DNA from: Flavobacteriales bacterium
GTDB lineage: Bacteria; Bacteroidota; Bacteroidia; Flavobacteriales; Flavobacteriaceae
Length of the DNA stretch: 45,092 nt
NCBI GenBank assembly: GCA_026985675.1
Contig: JALSPZ010000109.1
Coordinates: forward strand, 1-45,092
Reading direction: 5' to 3'
How positions within the stretch are numbered: the stretch's first letter is position 1; every line of letters starts with the position of its first letter. This document shows positions 38,600 through 45,092 of this stretch, piece after piece. The notes beneath the pieces were generated by a model. The model searched no databases. It was not told the DNA's origin and saw nothing but the letters and a program-made list of their open reading frames with translations. Both the position numbers and the translations under genes were made by a program.

Positions 38600-38986
38600 A
38601 TGGTAAAAAAACAAGTAACTTCGGATAATGTGCCTGCACCTATCGGACCTTATAGTCAAGCTATTTTGACAGACGGAATATTGTTTATTTCAGGACAAAT
38701 TCCCGTAAACAGTTTAACCAATGAAATTATTTTGGATAATATTGAATTAGCCACTCATTTAGTAATGGAAAATCTTCGGGCTGTTTTAAAAGAGGCGGAT
38801 ATGAATTTTGGAAACATTGTCAAAACCAGTATTTTTCTAAAAGATATGAACGATTTTTCTGTGGTCAATGAAATTTACGGTGGTTATTTCAATGGAAAAA
38901 CTCCGCCACCGGCTAGAGAAACCGTGCAAGTGGCAAAATTGCCCAAAGATGTTCAAATTGAAATATCAGCTATAGCTATTAAATAA
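38600..38986 (+). CDS. ridA: RidA family protein (YjgF/TdcF enamine/imine deaminase)
   Basis: 128-aa ORF with APIGPYSQA, GQIP, and ARETVQVAKLPKDVQIEI at the C-terminus. Confidence 0.88.
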   Translation: MVKKQVTSDNVPAPIGPYSQAILTDGILFISGQIPVNSLTNEIILDNIELATHLVMENLRAVLKEADMNFGNIVKTSIFLKDMNDFSVVNEIYGGYFNGKTPPPARETVQVAKLPKDVQIEISAIAIK

Positions 38987-38992
38987 ATACTT

Positions 38993-39520
38993 ATGAAAAT
39001 AGCTTTATTCGGATTTATGGGTTCGGGAAAATCAACTTTGGGAAAAGCTTTGGCTGAAAAAAATGCCTATGTTTTCATTGATCTGGATGAAGCTATTGAA
39101 ACAAAAACAGGTCTATCAATTTCACAAATATTTGAAGCAAAAGGTGAAATAGTTTTTAGAAAGATTGAACATCAAGTATTAAAAGATATTGTAAAAAGAG
39201 ATTATACAAACTTAATATTATCCTTAGGAGGGGGAACTATTATTCAGCCAACCAATAGAAAATTGTTGGAAGTAAAAAACTATAAAAAAATATATCTGGA
39301 TGTTCAAACGGATGTTTTGATAGAGCGATTACTTAAACAAAAAAATGAACGTCCGCTTTTGACCAAGGTTCCCGAAGAAAAGCTGCAGGATTATATAAAT
39401 GCTCTGTTTTTAAGCCGGAAATCTATTTATGAGAATGCTTCGGATATACGTATTTCAATAGAAAAAGAAAATTTTGAACAAAGTTTGGAAAAAATATCTT
39501 TATATTTGAATTTGAATTAA
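38993..39520 (+). CDS. aroK: Shikimate kinase
   Basis: 175-aa ORF with Walker A GFMGSGKSTLGK, FIDLD, FRKIE and LSLGGG motifs, starting 6 nt after ridA. Confidence 0.88.
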   Translation: MKIALFGFMGSGKSTLGKALAEKNAYVFIDLDEAIETKTGLSISQIFEAKGEIVFRKIEHQVLKDIVKRDYTNLILSLGGGTIIQPTNRKLLEVKNYKKIYLDVQTDVLIERLLKQKNERPLLTKVPEEKLQDYINALFLSRKSIYENASDIRISIEKENFEQSLEKISLYLNLN

Positions 39521-39530
39521 ATTCAATGTT

Positions 39531-40340
39531 ATGTTTCATAAAATAGTTTATTTTTTTCTTTTATTATTGTTTTTTTTCTTATATGCTTGTGAAAAGCAAG
39601 TTGTATTAACTCCTGAAAACAGTGAGGAAAAAGTTGTAGTAGAAGCAATGTTTACCGACATTCCTTTTTTAACTACCGTTAAGCTTTCCAAAACCAAAGG
39701 AATTAATGAAAATATTCTTAATCATCCTAAAATAACAGATGCGGAAGTAAAAATTATTGATAAAACAACCCAAGATACCATTGTTTTCACATCAAATAAT
39801 GACGGAACATACAGCACAAATATTTCGGCTATTGTTGGACATCAATACAAATTGGAAATAGTGTATGAGAACCAAACTTATACCTCTGACAAAACTGTGC
39901 TGTCAACAGTTAGTTTAAATCAAATAAAATCACATCCAAAAGAAGGAACGGATAAATATTACCTGGAAATGATTTTTGAAGATGATCCCAACACACAAGA
40001 TTTCTATTTATTCATTTGCACCAATACGGCTAATCCCGATGATGTTCGGATTATTGTTCGCTCGGATTATTTGTATAACACCGATACACAAAGTATAAAT
40101 ATTGACGAAGAACTTTTTGTTGGGGGTGAATACTGGCAAGTAGTTATGTTTCATATTGATAGAGAAAATTATGAATATTTAAAAATTATGAATCGAGCAA
40201 AAGTAAGTTTGGTCAATGGTGCTCATCCTTTTTACGGAATATCGCTTGGTAATCCCGTTAGCACAGTTGAAGGTGAAGGAGTTTTGGGATATTTTATAGC
40301 CTCTTCGGTAAGTGTTTCTCCTATTTCAATAGGTAACTGA
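39531..40340 (+). CDS. DUF4249 domain-containing lipoprotein
   Basis: 269-aa ORF with a lipobox (FLYAC). VVVEAMFTD...VKLSKT, DAEVKIID...DGTYST...GHQYKLEIVYENQTYTSDKTV and the C-terminal GEGVLGYFIASS match my recollection of the DUF4249 pattern. Confidence 0.6.
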   Translation: MFHKIVYFFLLLLFFFLYACEKQVVLTPENSEEKVVVEAMFTDIPFLTTVKLSKTKGINENILNHPKITDAEVKIIDKTTQDTIVFTSNNDGTYSTNISAIVGHQYKLEIVYENQTYTSDKTVLSTVSLNQIKSHPKEGTDKYYLEMIFEDDPNTQDFYLFICTNTANPDDVRIIVRSDYLYNTDTQSINIDEELFVGGEYWQVVMFHIDRENYEYLKIMNRAKVSLVNGAHPFYGISLGNPVSTVEGEGVLGYFIASSVSVSPISIGN

Positions 40341-40456
40341 TTCTTAGCTACTTGTCCTTGATAAAGTTTCTTTTGTATATTAATTTTGTAATAAAAAATT
40401 AAAGTTTTTTCGCTGAATTTTATACGATATTTTTTTTATTTCAAAAATTTTGTTTT

Positions 40457-40970
40457 ATGAAAAAGTCAATATTTTTAGTATTAATTGCTTTGACTTTGAT
40501 TTTCTGTAAAAAAGAAGCCAATGATGAATCTACGGAAAATTTAACCGTAAAAAGGACACGCTAAACTATTTTTGAATAATCAAAAGATTTTTGATGAGGA
40601 TTGTGATACACATTATTTGTCACTTTATCGTAGTGTAACTTTTGGTTCTTGGACACAAAGTGGAGTTGTTAGGTTGTCAGGAGGAGTAAGTAATGTTCCT
40701 GATATTGGAGGAAGCAATGGAATTGAATCTGATCCGGTAAATGCAGATAGCTCAGCTTTGAGTTATATTTAGATTAATAGTGATACCGGAGAATTTATTG
40801 CTCCGGGTAATAATGTAATAAGAATAATTATCGGACAAACAGGGCAAGTTACAAGACTTGATAAAAACTACGTAATTTATGAAGGAACTTGTATTGAAAC
40901 AGATGATTTAATCAATACAACCTCGTATAATATTAAATTGGAAATTACAATAGAACATTTTAATAGTTAA
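40457..40970 (+). pseudogene. Fragmented lipoprotein gene (frameshift in an A5 run plus an in-frame TAG)
   Basis: The ATG at 40457 encodes MKKSIFLVLIALTLIFC (lipobox) and stops at 40562-40564. Removing one A from GTAAAAAGG (40547-40555) joins it to the 40572-40772 ORF. After the TAG at 40770-40772 the same frame stays open for 65 more codons to the TAA at 40968-40970. Confidence 0.5.
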
Positions 40971-41036
40971 ATTTTTTAAATTTGTTAAAATATTAATAAT
41001 ATATATGTTATTATGCAAATTTTAAAAAAATATTTT

Positions 41037-41067
41037 AAATGCAAGTGTAAAACTTGCATTTTTTTTG
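41037..41067 (+). terminator. Rho-independent terminator (end of the pseudogene locus, or leader of the following operon)
   Basis: Stem AAATGCAAGT (41037-41046) / ACTTGCATTT (41052-41061) with loop GTAAA and a T-run to 41066. It ends about 31 nt before the ATG at 41098. Confidence 0.8.
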
Positions 41068-41097
41068 TAATTTTATGCAATCTAAAATTAAATCATT

Positions 41098-41877
41098 ATG
41101 AATCCTAACAAAATTGTTTTATTTGGGCTGTTATTGTATTTTAATAGCTTAAATGCTCAATTTCATGAGTCTATCAGTCCAAAACAATTGTATGTATTAG
41201 CTACCGAGTCTAATGTTTATCTACATATATTGGTTAAGGATAAATTATACCAAATTAACCATATTAAAAAAGAAATGGCTGAAAAAGAGATGGATTATAC
41301 TATTGCTCTTTTTTATGAAAATTTAAATGCTATTGAAAACGAATTGACAGATAAAGATCTTTTATCCCAAATGAAAGCAATAAAAGAATTTTGGAAAAAA
41401 TTTGAACCTTATCTTACAAACGATTTAACGTCAAATGATTTTAAAAAATTTCATTTTGAAGCTTATACTTTTAGTAAACTATTAACTAATTTCTCTGAAA
41501 AATTATTTTTAAAATTTAATCTAAATGAAAAGGATTGGAAGAATTTTAATGATATTCAGTCCCTAAAAATTTTGGTTCAGAAAATTACTTTTGAATATTT
41601 GGCCAAAACTTTACAACTGAACCAAAGTTTAACCAATCAATTCATAAAAGATGTAAATAATTTTGAAAGCCTTATAAAAAATAAAAGTAACAAGTTTTTA
41701 AATGATATTTTAATAGGTAATAAATTTTTAGCCGTTATTAATGAATGGAACTTTTTCCAAAGGAATCTAGTGCATCCAAAAATGAAAAATGTAAAAACTA
41801 TTTTTTCTTTAAGTTTAACTATGCAGAATAACTTGAATGCTATAACTTCAGAATATTTAAAATGGGATTTATTATGA
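41098..41877 (+). CDS. Hypothetical secreted all-helical protein (first of three)
   Basis: 259-aa ORF with signal peptide MNPNKIVLFGLLLYFNSLNAQ. The mature part is K/N/L/E/F-rich, has almost no Pro or Gly, and contains two W-x2-F-x3-L-containing halves. I recognise no family. Confidence 0.7.
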   Translation: MNPNKIVLFGLLLYFNSLNAQFHESISPKQLYVLATESNVYLHILVKDKLYQINHIKKEMAEKEMDYTIALFYENLNAIENELTDKDLLSQMKAIKEFWKKFEPYLTNDLTSNDFKKFHFEAYTFSKLLTNFSEKLFLKFNLNEKDWKNFNDIQSLKILVQKITFEYLAKTLQLNQSLTNQFIKDVNNFESLIKNKSNKFLNDILIGNKFLAVINEWNFFQRNLVHPKMKNVKTIFSLSLTMQNNLNAITSEYLKWDLL

Positions 41878-42659
41878 AAAAAACATATTTGATATTTTCA
41901 ATGATAAGCATTTTATCATTTACTCAATCAATTTTCGCTCAAAATAATTTAGAAAGTTTTTCCAGATTAAGTCAGGCTATCTTTGAAAATTTAATGTTTT
42001 CTAATAGAGTAGTTAGGGATTACGTTTTTATTATCAGTAATAATTTCAAAGAGAAATCCATTAAAGATATGGATAATACCCTTGGGCGTTTTGATTATAA
42101 TATGGATATTATTTCTGGATATTTGCCCGACGATAAAAAATTAAAAGACAGGTTTACTAAATTTAGATTTTATGTTAACCAAAGCCGGTTGGAGTTGATG
42201 GATTTTGAAAACCCGAATTACGAATCTTTTATAAGAAATTTACAGCAAACTTTTGATGAAAATAAAGTTATGGCTGATAAAATTTTTGAAAAACAATTGG
42301 GATACAAAGAAAATAAAAAGGTTGTTGAAAAATTGAAATTACTTAGCGAAGTGGTAAATGCTACCGAACGAATGGTGATTGATTATATGTTGATAAAAGA
42401 CCCTAAAAGAACTTCCAAAGCTAAGTTGGAATTTGATGTTAAAAAGCAATTGAAAAAATTAAATTCTCTTTTAAAAATAAAAAATCTACCTCCTCAATCA
42501 AAAGCTTTATTAATAGATATGAAAGAAAATTTAAAATTAATGGATGAGTTAGTTGAAAAACCGGATTATCGTCCCAAAATGATGTTTGCTTATGTAAATA
42601 ATTTTTCCTCTAAAGCATTTAGATTTTTACCGGATTTGATTTCACTCTATAAAAATTAA
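41874..42659 (+). CDS. Hypothetical secreted all-helical protein (second of three)
   Basis: The ATG at 41874 gives MKKTYLIFSMISILSFTQSIFAQ and forms an ATGA overlap with the upstream stop. The product is 261 aa with the same size and composition class as its neighbours. Confidence 0.7.
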   Translation: MKKTYLIFSMISILSFTQSIFAQNNLESFSRLSQAIFENLMFSNRVVRDYVFIISNNFKEKSIKDMDNTLGRFDYNMDIISGYLPDDKKLKDRFTKFRFYVNQSRLELMDFENPNYESFIRNLQQTFDENKVMADKIFEKQLGYKENKKVVEKLKLLSEVVNATERMVIDYMLIKDPKRTSKAKLEFDVKKQLKKLNSLLKIKNLPPQSKALLIDMKENLKLMDELVEKPDYRPKMMFAYVNNFSSKAFRFLPDLISLYKN

Positions 42660-42665
42660 AAAATT

Positions 42666-43427
42666 ATGAAACCTCAATTTGTTTTTTTATTTATATTACT
42701 ACAAAGTTTTTTTTCTTATGCCCAATTTGGAAATAATCCTAATCTTATGCAAGCTTTGAATGCAGCATATAATTTACGAACAGCTGAGACTGCTGTCGTT
42801 AAAAATACGGTTTTTAACCGGTTAAAAGTAAAATATGCTTTGCAAGATTTGGATGAGTTTTTATCAATAGCACAAGATAACCTCTTTATTTTAAAACTTT
42901 TTGTAAATAAATATTCTGACTTTACCGATAAAATTAATGAAATAGAAAAACTATACAATACATTAAGACTCATTCCATTGTCACCATCCAAAACTTCTAA
43001 AATAAAAAGTCTAGTCGATTTACATAATAAATTTCTAATAAATATTAACTCTTTGATATTGAGTATTAATCAATCTTTAAAATCAGAATTTTCTAAGCAA
43101 AAATTAATGATTTATAATATTGCTTTTTATGCTCAGGAATTTGGATATCTTTTTGCTTTGGAAAATTCCGGAATTATTTTAGATGAATTGAATTTTAATA
43201 TAAAAAAAGAAGAGAAAAAAACTTTTAATCAATTAAAACTTTCTGTAAATGAATTGATTAATAATAAGCAATATCTCAGTTATGCAAATGTTGATGAGCT
43301 TAAACAATTAAAAAGCGATATAGATTTATTAGATAAAATTATTAAAAATCCTTCTGGAAATGAGTTTATAAATACAGTTTATAATCTTACTAATAAAATC
43401 AGTAAGAGAACTAAAAATTTACTTTGA
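42666..43427 (+). CDS. Hypothetical secreted all-helical protein (third of three)
   Basis: 253-aa ORF with signal peptide MKPQFVFLFILLQSFFSYAQ. It starts 6 nt after the previous stop. Confidence 0.7.
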   Translation: MKPQFVFLFILLQSFFSYAQFGNNPNLMQALNAAYNLRTAETAVVKNTVFNRLKVKYALQDLDEFLSIAQDNLFILKLFVNKYSDFTDKINEIEKLYNTLRLIPLSPSKTSKIKSLVDLHNKFLININSLILSINQSLKSEFSKQKLMIYNIAFYAQEFGYLFALENSGIILDELNFNIKKEEKKTFNQLKLSVNELINNKQYLSYANVDELKQLKSDIDLLDKIIKNPSGNEFINTVYNLTNKISKRTKNLL

Positions 43428-43437
43428 TAATTGTTTA

Positions 43438-43806
43438 TTAATGAAAAACCGCTTTAAAAAGTAAGTCGGCAGTTGCAGGATTAGTTGCCAAGGGGATATT
43501 ATGCACATCGCATAAACGCATAAGCATTGAAATATCCGGTTCGTGTGGATGTTTGTCTAATGGATCGCGGAAAAAAATTACCATTTGGGTTTTTCCTTCG
43601 GCAACTCTTGCACCGATTTGTGCATCTCCACCGTAGGGTCCCGATAGTAAACGTGTAACTTTCAATCCGGTTTCTTCTACATATTTTCCGGTAGTTCCCG
43701 TGGCTATTATTTTTACATCATTTCTCAATAATTCGTCTTTGTGTTCCATCACGAAACGAACCATTTCGGGTTTTTTCCCATCGTGTGATATTAAAGCAAT
43801 TTCCAT
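43438..43806 (-). CDS. mgsA: Methylglyoxal synthase
   Basis: 122-aa ORF with the motifs IALISHDGKK, ATGTTG, SGPYGGDAQIG, and FFRDPL...HEPDI. Confidence 0.92.
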   Translation of the reverse strand: MEIALISHDGKKPEMVRFVMEHKDELLRNDVKIIATGTTGKYVEETGLKVTRLLSGPYGGDAQIGARVAEGKTQMVIFFRDPLDKHPHEPDISMLMRLCDVHNIPLATNPATADLLFKAVFH

Positions 43807-43845
43807 AAATTAATTTTTTTGCAAAGTTAAACTAAAATACAATAG

Positions 43846-44883
43846 TTATGATTTTAAATAATTATCAATTTTATCAATCAAAATATCGATTTCTTCATCG
43901 GTGGTATTCCAAGAAGTTACCAGTCTTATTTTCAATAAATCTTCATTTATTTTTTCCCAAATATGAAAATCAAAATCTTTTGTCAATTGCCTTACAACAG
44001 ACGAGGGTAAAATTGGAAATATTTGATTGGTTTGATTTATCGTGTCAAATTTTACATTTAATGGTTTAAGCTTGTCTAAAAGTTTTTTTGCTTGGGTATT
44101 TGCCCTTTTAGCTAATTCAAAATATAAATTTGTATGGAAAAACTCTTCAAATTGGGCACCTAAATATCTGGACTTGGCAATTAAAGCGCCTTTTTGTTTC
44201 ATTAAATATTCAAAATTCTCATTTATTTGTTTATTTTTTATAACTATGGCTTCCCCGAACATTCCACCGTTCTTTGTTCCACCTATATAAAAAGCATCGG
44301 TTAGTTTGCAAATATCACTTGCTTTTATATCATTATTTGTTGTTAAAGCATTTCCTAACCGGGCTCCGTCCAAGTATAAATATAAATGATTTTGTCGGCA
44401 AAATAAGGATAGATTTTCCAATTCACTTAAAGTGTAAACGGTTCCCAATTCTGTTGCATTGGAAATATATACCATTTTGGGTTTTACCATATGTGGAGGG
44501 GTATGGTGCGCGTCCAAAATTTTTTGGATTAAAGCGGGCGACAATTTTCCGTCTTTGGTTTCGATGGTATTTATTTTATGTCCGGTAGCTTCAATAGCTC
44601 CCGTCTCGTGTAAATGAATATGTCCCGTATGGGCTGCAATTACAGATTCGTAAGGTTTTAATGCGGAACTTATGACCAATAAATTGGCTTGCGTCCCACT
44701 ACTAACAAAATGAACGGAGGAGTTTTCGCAAGCAAAGATTTTTTTTATTTTTTTTTCGGCTTTTTTAGAATAACTATCATTTCCATAAGATTCTTCTATG
44801 CCTTTGTTAGCTCTATGAATTGCTTGAAGTATTCGGGGATGAGCACCAGTGGAATAATCATCTTTAAAACTAATTTTTTTCAT
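43846..44883 (-). CDS. ltaE: Low-specificity L-threonine aldolase (PLP-dependent, beta-eliminating lyase family)
   Basis: 345-aa ORF with FKDDYSTGAHPRIL, SYGNDSY, SSGTQANL and GGTKNG (PLP lysine region), collinear with threonine aldolases. Confidence 0.78.
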   Translation of the reverse strand: MKKISFKDDYSTGAHPRILQAIHRANKGIEESYGNDSYSKKAEKKIKKIFACENSSVHFVSSGTQANLLVISSALKPYESVIAAHTGHIHLHETGAIEATGHKINTIETKDGKLSPALIQKILDAHHTPPHMVKPKMVYISNATELGTVYTLSELENLSLFCRQNHLYLYLDGARLGNALTTNNDIKASDICKLTDAFYIGGTKNGGMFGEAIVIKNKQINENFEYLMKQKGALIAKSRYLGAQFEEFFHTNLYFELAKRANTQAKKLLDKLKPLNVKFDTINQTNQIFPILPSSVVRQLTKDFDFHIWEKINEDLLKIRLVTSWNTTDEEIDILIDKIDNYLKS

Positions 44884-44888
44884 AAAAA

Positions 44889-45092
44889 TTAAAGATTAAA
44901 ATCGCCTTCTTTATTTACTAACTCCTTAATTTTCTTAAATAAAGTAGAGGAGAAAACAAAATCGTTGATATCGGGATTATCCGTATGAAAAATATCATCT
45001 TTACTTCCTTCCCATTGTTTGTGTCCGTCTTTGAGCAAAATGATATGTTCCCCGATTTCCATAATGGAGTTCATATCGTGGGTATTGACTAA
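44889..45092 (-). CDS. ABC transporter ATP-binding protein, MlaF-like (3' fragment; the 5' part lies beyond the window)
   Basis: The reading frame is open to the window edge (LVNTHDMNSIMEIGEHIILLKDGHKQWEGSKDDIF...). This matches the H-loop and C-terminal tail of Flavobacteriia MlaF/Ttg2A-type ATPases. Confidence 0.75.
   Translation of the reverse strand, partial: LVNTHDMNSIMEIGEHIILLKDGHKQWEGSKDDIFHTDNPDINDFVFSSTLFKKIKELVNKEGDFNL

Noticed and set aside
40572-40772. The 66-aa ORF as a stand-alone gene.
   Set aside because: It would need a TTG start with no promoter. It is collinear with the upstream lipoprotein signal sequence and with downstream open frames, so it is better explained as the middle fragment of a pseudogene.
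1-45092. CRISPR arrays, transposases or IS elements, prophage genes, toxin-antitoxin or restriction-modification style defence genes, and rRNA/tRNA genes.
   Set aside because: I saw no repeat-spacer periodicity and no ORF with integrase, transposase, nuclease or methylase motifs. No tRNA-like cloverleaf is present other than the tmRNA acceptor and T-arm. Every ORF longer than 150 aa is otherwise accounted for.

Overview
This 45-kb window looks like a low-GC Bacteroidota (Flavobacteriia-type) chromosomal segment, and most of it is ordinary core housekeeping. The lineage call is an inference from several features. They are a T9SS C-terminal sorting domain, Bacteroidota-restricted DUF families (DUF3822, DUF4271, DUF4249, DUF5103-like), and an alternative complex III operon. 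A tmRNA tag of GENNxALAA type and repeated matches to the Bacteroidota -7 promoter motif TAnnTTTG also support it. Left to right the window holds a dipeptide epimerase and mfd, then on the minus strand two small membrane proteins, rsmD, DUF3822, an unknown membrane-anchored protein and uvrA. Next come DUF2795, a PduO-type corrinoid adenosyltransferase, and DUF4271-hemD. A T9SS-secreted protein and a probable T9SS plug protein follow, then the complete actABCDEF (ACIII) operon and a SPOR protein. The minus-strand mreB-mreC-mreD-mrdA-rodA operon comes next, then a MacB/FtsX-type permease, an LTA-synthase-family sulfatase, gcvT, tmRNA (ssrA) and tex. The last block is an AraC regulator, ridA-aroK-DUF4249, a fragmented lipoprotein pseudogene, three unknown secreted helical proteins, mgsA, a threonine aldolase and the 3' end of an MlaF-like ABC ATPase. 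I saw no CRISPR array, transposase, integrase, rRNA/tRNA gene or recognisable defence genes. The only candidate for something undescribed is the AT-rich three-gene operon at 41.1-43.4 kb and its unusual leader. Two orphan intrinsic terminators (about 12.8 kb and 35.26 kb) suggest unannotated small transcripts or attenuators. All family assignments rest on motif and architecture recognition by eye, because no database search was possible.
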